Origin: Candidatus Babeliales bacterium
GTDB lineage: Bacteria; Babelota; Babeliae; Babelales; JANWKD01
Assembly: GCA_963762115.1 (NCBI GenBank)
Contig: CAVXJH010000003.1
Span: 384,001 to 448,000 of the forward strand
Direction of reading: 5' to 3'
Length of the DNA stretch: 64,000 nucleotides
Of the stretch, positions 9,952-19,675 are shown in pieces. The notes beneath the pieces are model-generated. The model was not told the DNA's origin. It saw nothing but the letters and a program-made list of their open reading frames with translations, and ran no database searches. The position numbers and the translations under genes are program-made. Numbering within the stretch: the stretch's first letter is position 1; each line of letters begins with the position of its first letter.

Positions 9952-10346
9952 ATGATCCTCATAAAAATTTGTTAAAAATACTTATACTCCGATCCCACTA
10001 TAACAAAAGATTAATAATTTGTAAAAAAAATCCTCTTACAATTTAAGGATCAATTACTTATTTTTACAAAATGTATCTTTTTTGATTATTATTGCACGTT
10101 GGCATGCACCTCCTTACCCTTTTTTTATATATTTTTCTGGTTCATTATTCTTAAAAGCCCCGTAAAAGCTAAAGTTTACTAATTCTTAGCTCTTTGGTAA
10201 ACTTTGTTCTAAGGTTTATCTTAAAGCCTTCCGTATATCAAGGTATGTAATCATACAAAACACCTTAAATTAAATGTACCATTATAACTACTAGAAATAG
10301 CACAGCGTTTTTTTATACAAATTGACTGGAGGTAGGGTTAAACACT

Positions 10347-12815
10347 ATGAATCAAGATGACATTAAGCACATACAAGAAGAACACGTACCAGAACAAGAA
10401 ACATATTTGGCTTTATTACCATTAAAAAATGTTATTATTTTGCCCAAAAGCATACTGCCAATAATTGTTGGAAGAACTAACTCTATCCAGGCAGTGGAAT
10501 ATGCTCTGAAGCATGATAAATCAATCTTTATATCCACGCAAAAAGATTCATCAATAGAAAATCCCACCGACAAGGATGTATTTCAAATAGGAATTAGGGC
10601 GACTATTCTCCAGGTTATGCGCATGCCAAATGGCGCCTTGAAAATATTGGTTGAAGGAATTTGCCGCGCTCAAATTATCAAAGTTGATACCTCTCATGCC
10701 TTTATTAGTGTTACCATTCGTGACCTTGAAACAAAAAATCTAAAAAAGAGCGTTGAAATCGAAGCATTATGGCGTCATTTAAAAGAACAATATGAAAATT
10801 ATGCCAAAATTAATGAAAAAATTCCTCTCGATTTAATGACTTTAGCAAACACGGCTGAAGATATGGATTCAATTGCCGACACCATTGCCGTACATATCAA
10901 CCTTTCTTTTGATGAACGGCAAGCAATACTTGAAACGCCCGACTTAAAAGAACGGCTCATCAAATTAACGGCACTTATAAAAAAAGAAATTGAAATTGTC
11001 CAAACAGAACAACGCATTAAAGGCCGCATACAAAGTCAAGTTGAAAAAAGCCAACGTGAATACTATCTCACCGAACAAATCAAAGCTATCAATAAAGAAT
11101 TAGGTCGCGAAGATCAAAGTATTGAAATTGCACAGATAAAAGGCAAAATTAAAAACTTAGGTCTTTCACCTGAGGCTATGGAAAAAGTTGAAAAAGAATT
11201 AAAACGACTTGAACAAATGCCTCCCTTTTCATCAGAAGCTGTTGTTTCACGTAATTATATTGATTGGATAATTTCCATTCCTTGGAAAAAACAAAGTAAA
11301 GATACAATCAGTCTCGAACAAGCTGAAAAAATTCTTAACAAGCAACATGCCGGCCTCAACAAGCCAAAAGAACGCATTATTGAGTTTATTGCCGCCAAAA
11401 AATTTGCAAAAACTATGGAACGCTCACCTATTATTTGCTTGGTGGGCCCTCCAGGAGTTGGTAAAACTTCACTTGGGCAATCGATTGCAAAAAGCTTAGG
11501 AAGAGAATTTGTCAGAATTTCGCTTGGTGGCATTAAAGATGAAGCGGAAATCCGTGGTCATCGCAGAACCTATATTGGCGCCTTACCAGGAAAAATTATT
11601 CATGCCATGAAAAAAGCAAAAACAGTTAACCCTCTTATTTTGCTTGATGAAATTGACAAAATTTCTCGCGACATGCATGGCGATCCATCTTCGGCATTAC
11701 TAGAGGTCTTGGATCCAGAACAAAATTTCACTTTTGTTGATCATTTTCTTGATGTTGAGTATGACCTTTCCAAAGTTATGTTCATTGCTACAGCAAATAT
11801 GATTGAAGGAATTCCTTACCCACTCTTTGACCGTATGGAAATTATCTCTCTTTCCGGTTACACAGAACAAGAGAAACTCGATATTGGACGTCACTTCTTA
11901 ATTCCTAAAGCATTAAAAGAATATCATTTAACCAAAGCACAGTTCCGCCTTCCTGATGATATGTTGCAAAAAGTAATTAGTGAACACACCAAAGAAGCTG
12001 GTGTACGTCAACTTGAACGAGTTATTACGAAATTAATGCGTAAAGCAATCCAAAGTCTTTTGAAAAATCCTAAACAATCAACTATCATTATTAATAATGA
12101 GCTCATTCAAGAATGGCTTGGTTATGCTAAATTTAAAAAAACATCGCTTGATCTTAATAAGGAACGCATTGGTTTAGCAACTGGTCTTGCTTGGACTGAA
12201 GTTGGCGGTGATGTGTTAGAAATTGAAGCAACGGTTTTACCAGGCAAGGGTGGTCTCACGCTGACGGGTCAACTTGGCGAGGTTATGCAAGAATCAGCAT
12301 ATGCTGCATTAAGTTATATTCGTTCACGCGCCCATGAATTAGGATTAAAAGATTCATTTTATGCTTCGAAAGATCTTCATATTCATATCCCTGAAGGCGC
12401 AACACCAAAAGATGGCCCTTCTGCAGGCATTACCATTTGCACAGCCCTTATTTCAGCTCTTACCAAAAATCCTACACGAGCAGATCTTGCTATGACAGGT
12501 GAAATTACCTTGCGCGGTCGCGTATTTTCTGTTGGCGGATTAAAAGAAAAACTTCTGGCTGCAAAACAACATGAAATGAAAACAGTGTTAGTACCAAAAG
12601 AAAATGCTGATGATATTGCTGAAATTTTGCAAGAAACTGAACTTGGTTTGAATATTGTTTATGTTGAATCAATGGATGAAGTGTTGAAATATGCACTTCA
12701 AAATGATCCTTTTATAAAAAAAGAAAAAAATAACAAGAATGGTAAAAAAACCTCAAAGAAAAAAGCTGCTCCTAAAAAAGAAAAATCAAAAAAGAAAAAG
12801 AATACACAAGAATAA
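10347..12815 (+). CDS. lon: ATP-dependent protease La
   Basis: LON N domain, [29 protein letters not shown] catalytic Ser; Lys-rich C-terminal tail. Confidence 0.98.
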   Translation: MNQDDIKHIQEEHVPEQETYLALLPLKNVIILPKSILPIIVGRTNSIQAVEYALKHDKSIFISTQKDSSIENPTDKDVFQIGIRATILQVMRMPNGALKILVEGICRAQIIKVDTSHAFISVTIRDLETKNLKKSVEIEALWRHLKEQYENYAKINEKIPLDLMTLANTAEDMDSIADTIAVHINLSFDERQAILETPDLKERLIKLTALIKKEIEIVQTEQRIKGRIQSQVEKSQREYYLTEQIKAINKELGREDQSIEIAQIKGKIKNLGLSPEAMEKVEKELKRLEQMPPFSSEAVVSRNYIDWIISIPWKKQSKDTISLEQAEKILNKQHAGLNKPKERIIEFIAAKKFAKTMERSPIICLVGPPGVGKTSLGQSIAKSLGREFVRISLGGIKDEAEIRGHRRTYIGALPGKIIHAMKKAKTVNPLILLDEIDKISRDMHGDPSSALLEVLDPEQNFTFVDHFLDVEYDLSKVMFIATANMIEGIPYPLFDRMEIISLSGYTEQEKLDIGRHFLIPKALKEYHLTKAQFRLPDDMLQKVISEHTKEAGVRQLERVITKLMRKAIQSLLKNPKQSTIIINNELIQEWLGYAKFKKTSLDLNKERIGLATGLAWTEVGGDVLEIEATVLPGKGGLTLTGQLGEVMQESAYAALSYIRSRAHELGLKDSFYASKDLHIHIPEGATPKDGPSAGITICTALISALTKNPTRADLAMTGEITLRGRVFSVGGLKEKLLAAKQHEMKTVLVPKENADDIAEILQETELGLNIVYVESMDEVLKYALQNDPFIKKEKNNKNGKKTSKKKAAPKKEKSKKKKNTQE

Positions 12816-12835
12816 GTATTTTTTACAGCAATCTC

Positions 12836-12868
12836 AAAAGAGGCCGGTTATTATGACCGGCCTCTTTT
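12836..12868 (+). terminator. Intrinsic terminator after lon
   Basis: aaaagaggccggt-loop-accggcctctttt. Confidence 0.85.
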
Positions 12869-12982
12869 CATAAATAAAGTATGCGTTAAATTTATTTTCA
12901 TTCGAACAAATATAACGTATACTTTATTTGTTTAAAATAAATTAATTTTCAAAAAAAGTTACAAATAAAAGAAATAATCAAC

Positions 12983-14773
12983 ATGAAGTTCTTATCATTT
13001 TTTTTATCGATCACACTCTTTTTTTCAAACAACTGTATGAATCATAAAAAAAAACAATTGGTCACTATCTTTGATATTCATGGAAAATTTTTCCAAAAAA
13101 ATAGTGATGATGTAAAAAATGTCATGCCAACCCCCTACACAATGGAACTCTATGCTAAAGAAACAGAGGAAAAAGTCTACACAATTAATCTTACAGAAAA
13201 TACAAGTAGGACAAGTCAATTATTAACCAAAGAAAAATTAAAATCTATGTTTTCTCTTTATGATATTTTAAAAACAAAACCAAAAACGCTAAATCGTCAA
13301 CAACGGAAAACTCTTGAGTCAGCAAATGATTTCTTTATACTAGGCGATTATTTTGGTACTGAAGATTCAGCAATAAATCATCTCAAATTTTTAATATCGC
13401 ACTATTGTAAACCGGAAGATTTAAGTCCTCGATTAGATCAAAGCACATATCGCTATTCAACGTTAGAATTGTTTGAACAAGGCTTAATAACAAAAGATGA
13501 TGTTTTGCCACCGTTTAATGAACAAAATAATACCCTTGGCATTGATTTAGCTAATTTTAATATGAATTTTAATGAATTTATGGCATGCATCCCTTTTTTG
13601 GCAAAAGCAGAAAAAAATCCCGAAGACCTAAAATTGAATGATCAACAGGAATTAATTTATGAAGTACCTATAAATCATCAAGGTGAAACAATATTAACCA
13701 GATCGATAAAACCATACGAAAGCTATAAAAAATTTAGAGATGCAAAGATTATTGCAAATCGTCACTTTAATCTTACATACTTTAATTTTAGCAAACTTAC
13801 TATACACACCTTAGAAGAACTATCTCAATTCATCAAAAAATTACAGTCACATCCGGCTACTTGCTTAAATATGTCAAGTTTAAATATTCGATCGCTGGAG
13901 GAACTTGATAAACTAATAAATCATATGCAATTTACAAAGGAAGAATTAGGTAAAATAATATCAATTAATCTCAATAACAATCATCTTGAAAAATTACCGC
14001 CTTTATTTTACAAGGGATGGCGCGCCACAGCAATTTTCCCCAACCTTAAAAAGGTTACCGCAAAAAATAATCACCTAACTGAAGTAACTATACAAACTGA
14101 TCCTGATTTTCGCTGCGGCAAAATGCTTCTTGCATTAAAAAACATACACCTTAATCTTGCTCATAATCAATTAAGAAGATTACCACGTATTATTGAACAT
14201 ACATCACATGCTTGTGGAAATCGTACTATGCAAAAAAAACAATTCGCTCATTTTGCATCACTTAATTTAAAAGATAATCCCCTTTCGCTAAAAACTCGTT
14301 CACTTATTCGTAGCCCACAAAATACATTCGCACATTTTATACAAAAAGCAGCATTCTATTCAATAGCACATTTTTTATATCATAACGGTCCAATTGCCAA
14401 ATTTTTCTTACTAAACGATATTTCACATAGTGGAACGATAATCATAGCCAATAGATTCTGGAAAAAATATAAAAATCATCTTGTGCCAAATGATCCTTAC
14501 AATCAACAGTCAGCGACATCATTGTTTTGCATGACACGCCTTGGAAGCATCATCACTCCCTATTTTCTCTTTTTTTTGAGTCGTTATTGTAATTCAAAAA
14601 AAATACCTACTAACATACAATTTGATCGAAAAAATCGTTGTTTAGAAATATCAGAAGATGCATTCGCTCTTTTATATCAATCATGTAAAGATGTACATCA
14701 AGATACAAACACTTTTCACAGAATGTATAGAATCTGGAATACAATAAATGTACCAACCCATGTTTTACAATAA
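12983..14773 (+). CDS. Secreted leucine-rich-repeat protein with SKP1/BTB-like N-terminal domain
   Basis: Signal peptide; LRR units INLNNNHLEKLP, LNLAHNQLRRLP, LNLKDNPLS; N-terminal half nearly identical to the next gene. Confidence 0.8.
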   Translation: MKFLSFFLSITLFFSNNCMNHKKKQLVTIFDIHGKFFQKNSDDVKNVMPTPYTMELYAKETEEKVYTINLTENTSRTSQLLTKEKLKSMFSLYDILKTKPKTLNRQQRKTLESANDFFILGDYFGTEDSAINHLKFLISHYCKPEDLSPRLDQSTYRYSTLELFEQGLITKDDVLPPFNEQNNTLGIDLANFNMNFNEFMACIPFLAKAEKNPEDLKLNDQQELIYEVPINHQGETILTRSIKPYESYKKFRDAKIIANRHFNLTYFNFSKLTIHTLEELSQFIKKLQSHPATCLNMSSLNIRSLEELDKLINHMQFTKEELGKIISINLNNNHLEKLPPLFYKGWRATAIFPNLKKVTAKNNHLTEVTIQTDPDFRCGKMLLALKNIHLNLAHNQLRRLPRIIEHTSHACGNRTMQKKQFAHFASLNLKDNPLSLKTRSLIRSPQNTFAHFIQKAAFYSIAHFLYHNGPIAKFFLLNDISHSGTIIIANRFWKKYKNHLVPNDPYNQQSATSLFCMTRLGSIITPYFLFFLSRYCNSKKIPTNIQFDRKNRCLEISEDAFALLYQSCKDVHQDTNTFHRMYRIWNTINVPTHVLQ

Positions 14774-14816
14774 TTGTCTCCGAATTGTATAAATACTTTT
14801 TCACAGGATTTTTTAT

Positions 14817-16613
14817 ATGTTATTTTTCCATATATTTTTCTTTTCGATCATACTATGCTTTTCAAGCAATTGCATGAATCATAAAAAAAAACAATTGGTC
14901 ACTATCTTTGATATTCATGGAAAATTTTTCCAAAAAAATAGTGATGATGTAAAAAATGTCATGACAACCCCCTACACAATGGAACTCTATGCTAAAGAAA
15001 CAGAGGAAAAAGTCTACACAATTAATCTTACAGAAAATACAAGTCGAACAAGTCAATTATTAACCAGAGAAAAATTAAAATCTATGTTTTCTCTTTATGA
15101 TATTTTAAAAACAAAACCAAAAACGCTAAATCGTCAACAACGAAAAACTCTTGAGTCAGCAAATGATTTCTTTATACTAGGCGATTATTTTGGTACTGAA
15201 GATTCAGCAATAAATCATCTCAAATTTTTAATATCCCGCTATGGTAAGCCAGAAGAATTAAGTCCTCAGTTAGACCCAAGCTCATATCGCTATTCTGCAT
15301 TGGAACTCTTTGAACAAGGTTTCTTAACAAAAGATGATGTTCTGCCACCTTTTGATGAAACAGATCACTTACTCGGGATTGATTTTACACAATTAAATAT
15401 CACCTTTGGTGAATTTTTAGTTTATTTTAATTTGTTAAATATTAAATCACTAACAACTAATAATAACGGAGAAATATTAGGCATAGTTGGTGACTACTAT
15501 AAAATCCCTGTCGCTGCAGAAGTAAAATCCAAATTTTTAGATTCAAAACTTTGTACATTTGAACCTAATATCGGCTATTGTTTTAATCTTCCTGCTATTA
15601 ACATTACTACTCCCAATGCCTTAGAAAAATTTATTAATACCTTAAAGAACCATCCGGCAACATGCTTAAATCTTTCAAACCTAAATATAAACTCATACGA
15701 AGAAATTTTTAAACATCTTGCCTTAACCTCTGAAGAAAAATTACGCATACTTACCATCAATTTGAATCGTAATAACCTAAAAACTCTGTCCTGCTTGTCA
15801 TTACTTAACAAATTTTGGAATCTTCAATTCATAAAGGCAAAATATAACAATATTAATTCTTTAGATGAAAAAATAAATGAGTGGTATAACTGGAGTAGCT
15901 ATGAAATTTTAAAAAATATACACGTTAATAGTGCTCATAATAACATTCAACGATTACCACGCGCATTAAAATATTTCAGATCAAAATGTGGACCATGCAA
16001 CTGGCGAAACGATAAAGAAAAAATACAATTCGCCTCACTTAATCTCACCCAAAATCCCCTTTCAGCACAAACTCGTTTGATTATTCGCAATACTAATGAA
16101 CAATCAAAAACCCTTTTAGTTCTCAAAAAAATTGCTCTCTGTTATACAGCTTACTCATTTTTCACTCTGTATGGGTATAACATGCTTCACATAAGCACTT
16201 TTTTGCAATTTTTAAAAACAGAATGTATAGATCATAAAGATGAACCTTTACTACAAAAAATTGATCGTTTTATATGGCCAATTTCAATACCGGCAACAAT
16301 ATTAGCAATGCCCCTTGGATGGGTTAATTTTTATTTTAATAATCCAAGTATCCTTCATGGCAACTACATAAACTATTTACTTATGCTTGTTGGCCTTTTT
16401 GGTAAAAAACATAGAACAAATTTTTTCAAAATACCTTCGTTACCACATAAATACCCAATAAAAATTGATGAAAATGAATCAATATATTACAGAATGGAAG
16501 AATATTTAGCAGAAATATACGATGCCCTTTTTAGAATATACCGCATCGAAGGACCTTTCTACAGCATGAATACCCTTTGGAAAAAAATCATCAAATTAGG
16601 AAGATGCACTTAA
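14817..16613 (+). CDS. Secreted LRR protein, tandem paralog of 12983-14773
   Basis: Same N-terminal ~170 aa; LRRs LNLSNLNI, INLNRNNLKTL, LNLTQNPLS; hydrophobic C-terminal region. Confidence 0.8.
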   Translation: MLFFHIFFFSIILCFSSNCMNHKKKQLVTIFDIHGKFFQKNSDDVKNVMTTPYTMELYAKETEEKVYTINLTENTSRTSQLLTREKLKSMFSLYDILKTKPKTLNRQQRKTLESANDFFILGDYFGTEDSAINHLKFLISRYGKPEELSPQLDPSSYRYSALELFEQGFLTKDDVLPPFDETDHLLGIDFTQLNITFGEFLVYFNLLNIKSLTTNNNGEILGIVGDYYKIPVAAEVKSKFLDSKLCTFEPNIGYCFNLPAINITTPNALEKFINTLKNHPATCLNLSNLNINSYEEIFKHLALTSEEKLRILTINLNRNNLKTLSCLSLLNKFWNLQFIKAKYNNINSLDEKINEWYNWSSYEILKNIHVNSAHNNIQRLPRALKYFRSKCGPCNWRNDKEKIQFASLNLTQNPLSAQTRLIIRNTNEQSKTLLVLKKIALCYTAYSFFTLYGYNMLHISTFLQFLKTECIDHKDEPLLQKIDRFIWPISIPATILAMPLGWVNFYFNNPSILHGNYINYLLMLVGLFGKKHRTNFFKIPSLPHKYPIKIDENESIYYRMEEYLAEIYDALFRIYRIEGPFYSMNTLWKKIIKLGRCT

Positions 16614-16736
16614 GCAATAAAGTATTTTTATCAAATTAAGTAAATATACAATCAAAACTTGCAATTTCATAATTTTTTTTATTACATTAACAGCAGGTTT
16701 GGTGTTTAATCTATAATCTCACAAAGGAGAATTAGT

Positions 16737-17117
16737 ATGAAAAAATTATTACTTACCTTACTATGTGCTGGTGGCATAGTAGGCCTTCCTGGCTGTGGTG
16801 GCTGCTGTCGCCAAACATGCGAAGCACCTTGCGATCGCAATATGGACGAATGCTATGAAGAAGTTATGCCTGATGGTGGTGTTAAAAGAGTCTGTTCTAA
16901 TGGACAAGAAGTAACCGTGTATGAACACAATAGATCAGAAGGCAAAAGCAAAAATTACCGCCCAATACATCCTGCAATTGACGGAAAACAAATGAAATTC
17001 TGTGATAGCGCCGTTGAAGAAATGATCACTGAAGAAATGCCCGCACAAAAAAAATCAAGCCGCGCACGCAAACCTGCACGTAAAGAAATGATTGAAGATG
17101 ATATGATGATGGAATAA
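16737..17117 (+). CDS. Small cysteine-rich lipoprotein
   Basis: aaggag SD; lipobox-like LPG-C followed by CGGCCRQTCEAPC; charged tail. Confidence 0.75.
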   Translation: MKKLLLTLLCAGGIVGLPGCGGCCRQTCEAPCDRNMDECYEEVMPDGGVKRVCSNGQEVTVYEHNRSEGKSKNYRPIHPAIDGKQMKFCDSAVEEMITEEMPAQKKSSRARKPARKEMIEDDMMME

Positions 17118-17142
17118 ATCATCTCATAATAATCAAGAAATT

Positions 17143-17175
17143 AAAAAGAGGAAGCAATTAAGCTTCCTCTTTTTT
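17143..17175. terminator. Bidirectional terminator between convergent genes
   Basis: aaaaagaggaagc-aattaa-gcttcctcttttt, overlapping the cmk stop codon. Confidence 0.7.
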
Positions 17176-17841
17176 TTGCAAAATATACTGACAAACAATT
17201 TCTTCAGTTTGCTCTAAAGTAAGATGTGATGTATCAACAACTATTGCACCTTCTGGAATCACAAGAGGTGCATACTCTCGTTCAGAATCATTTTTATCTC
17301 TTTGCTGTTCTGCTACAACTGCTTGTTCAAGACTAACACGATTCCCTTGTTTTTCTTGATCAGATTGCCAACGCTTTGCTCGAACAAATAAGTCTGCTGT
17401 TATATAGAATTTACATTCTGCTTGTGGAAATACAAGAGAACCACAATCGCGACCATCAACAGAAAAATTATCATATTGTTGCACAAGAATTCGCTCAAAA
17501 TCCATTAATGCCATTCTGGCTTGCTTATTATTTCCCAACGCGCAAGAAGCTTTATCAATTTCTGCAGTCTTTAAAAATAAAGTAATATTTTCATTATCAA
17601 GCAAAACGGTCATATCACCTGTTTTCACGTCATAGCAATAACACAATCTCATTAAGCAAGACAAAAAATCTTGATAACTATGTAATGCATCCAAACTTAC
17701 ATTCATACGATGCAATAAGCAAAAAGCCAACCCACGATACAACATGCCGCTATTTAAATAATAATAACCCAACTTCTTGGCAACATTTTTTGCAAGGCTT
17801 GACTTGCCACTTGCGCTCGGACCATCAAACGTAATAATCAT
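17158..17841 (-). CDS. cmk: Cytidylate kinase
   Basis: DGPSASGKS P-loop, SGMLYR, DGRDCGS.VFP, RD..D..R..APL. Confidence 0.95.
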   Translation of the reverse strand: MIITFDGPSASGKSSLAKNVAKKLGYYYLNSGMLYRGLAFCLLHRMNVSLDALHSYQDFLSCLMRLCYCYDVKTGDMTVLLDNENITLFLKTAEIDKASCALGNNKQARMALMDFERILVQQYDNFSVDGRDCGSLVFPQAECKFYITADLFVRAKRWQSDQEKQGNRVSLEQAVVAEQQRDKNDSEREYAPLVIPEGAIVVDTSHLTLEQTEEIVCQYILQKKEEA

Positions 17842-19577
17842 AGTACTCCTGACTTAGTTGCAATATCTAACCCCAACAACTCAAGGGAAACTTTATCATT
17901 CCAATGATTTTCAGTAACCTGCACCGCTACATCAAATGAATGTTGTTCTTGTTCATATTGCATTAACAATTCAAATAATTCTGGTCGATTAAAAAAGATA
18001 AGGGGCTTTATAACACCATCAGAAAAGATTGAACATTTAACATGATTATCTTTTAATAAATGAGGTTTTTGCACAAGAGAAACATTCTGCACATAAAAGA
18101 CAGGCTGAGCATTTTCATTGCCAAAAGGTTGTAAATATTCTAAATCTTTCATAAATTTTATCGAAACATCAGACAATCTAATCTCAGCATCCAAATGCAT
18201 TTTTTGTTTTAAATCATCAGCCGTTAATGTTGCCTTAATTTTTTTCTCAAGATGCTCTTTGAGCAACGGCACCTTATCAATAGATAATGAAAGCCCTGCT
18301 GCAACAGAATGTCCTCCAAAAGTGTTTAACAAATCACGAGCTTCATGTAAGGCATCAAACATATTAAAAGCAGCAATTGAACGACATGATCCTTTTGCGA
18401 TGCCATCTTTGGTGAGATGTAAAAGAATAGTCGGTCTTCCATACGCTGAAACCAATCGCGATGCAACAAGCCCAATAACGCCCGGAGGCCATGATTTGCT
18501 GGCGGCAATAATACAATTTTCCTGACTAAGATCAATACTCTTATTTTCAATCTGTGCAACAACTTCAACAAAAATCGCACGCTCAATTTCTTTCCGCACT
18601 TGATTCAATTCATATAAAACACGACCGACAGTTACGACTTCTTGTTCATCAGTTCCTATAAGAAATTTTACTCCTTGGCGTGGATCTTCCAATCTGCCCA
18701 GAGCATTAATTTGTGGCGCAAGCGAAAAACCAATATCAAGCGAAGATAACGTCGGTTTTGTTACCTTGCCATTTTGCTTGAGCACACGTAATGAAAAGCT
18801 TTCTAACCCATTGACATACTGTAATCCATGCCTGACCCAATAACGATTTTCACCCGTTAGCGGTACAACGTCAGCAACAGTCCCCAACAAAAGAAGTTCA
18901 TACGCCTTGGAAGGCATTTTTAACCCAAGCTTTTCATATAACAAACTCAGAATTTTAAAACCAACACCAACCCCAGCAAATTTTTTATAAGGGTAAGGAC
19001 AATCTATTTGATGTGGATTAATAATGGCAAAAGCATCAGGAACATGATCATGAGGGCGATGGTGATCGGTAATAATAAGATCAATGCCCAATTTTTTTGC
19101 TAATGCAGCCGGTTCAAATGCCGTAATACCATTATCAACAGTCATAATAACTTTATAATCATTGTCAGCAGCTCGCTGAACAACTTTAGTAGAAAGACCA
19201 TACCCATCATGCACACGATGCGGTAAGAAAAAATTAATGAGAGCACCGAGCGGAACCAAACAAATCATCATCAGCGCTGATGACGTTATGCCGTCAACAT
19301 CATAATCTCCCGCAATTAATATTTTTTGTTTATTATTAATCGCATAGAGAATTCTATCAACTGCTCGCTCAGCGTCTTTGAGCAATCGAGGATCACCTAC
19401 ATGCTCTGATGAAGTAAAAAGATAATCATTAATTTGTTCTTTGGTCACATAACCACGAGCAACTACTGTTTGCGCAATTGGTAAAGAAAGATTATACGTT
19501 GCAGCAATATCAAGCGCTTGTTGTTGATTGACGTCTGCAAAACTCCATAAATATTTTGCGCCCTGAATTGTTCTCAT
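17838..19577 (-). CDS. recJ: Single-stranded-DNA exonuclease RecJ
   Basis: GDYDVDG, TVDNG, TDHH, GTVADVVPL, APQINALGR, GGHSVAAG motifs. Confidence 0.97.
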   Translation of the reverse strand: MRTIQGAKYLWSFADVNQQQALDIAATYNLSLPIAQTVVARGYVTKEQINDYLFTSSEHVGDPRLLKDAERAVDRILYAINNKQKILIAGDYDVDGITSSALMMICLVPLGALINFFLPHRVHDGYGLSTKVVQRAADNDYKVIMTVDNGITAFEPAALAKKLGIDLIITDHHRPHDHVPDAFAIINPHQIDCPYPYKKFAGVGVGFKILSLLYEKLGLKMPSKAYELLLLGTVADVVPLTGENRYWVRHGLQYVNGLESFSLRVLKQNGKVTKPTLSSLDIGFSLAPQINALGRLEDPRQGVKFLIGTDEQEVVTVGRVLYELNQVRKEIERAIFVEVVAQIENKSIDLSQENCIIAASKSWPPGVIGLVASRLVSAYGRPTILLHLTKDGIAKGSCRSIAAFNMFDALHEARDLLNTFGGHSVAAGLSLSIDKVPLLKEHLEKKIKATLTADDLKQKMHLDAEIRLSDVSIKFMKDLEYLQPFGNENAQPVFYVQNVSLVQKPHLLKDNHVKCSIFSDGVIKPLIFFNRPELFELLMQYEQEQHSFDVAVQVTENHWNDKVSLELLGLDIATKSGVL

Positions 19578-19675
19578 GTACCCGTTGTTTCATATAAGTT
19601 TTTTAGTATGCTTAGTTATATATTTAGTCTACTACGAACAAAAAAGAGTTCAACAAACATTGCCTCTTTGCATCC

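Noticed and set aside
13037..15235. Near-identical blocks as a diversity-generating retroelement TR/VR pair
   Set aside because: There is no reverse transcriptase in the window, both copies are coding N-terminal regions, and the adenines at mismatched sites are not confined to one copy.
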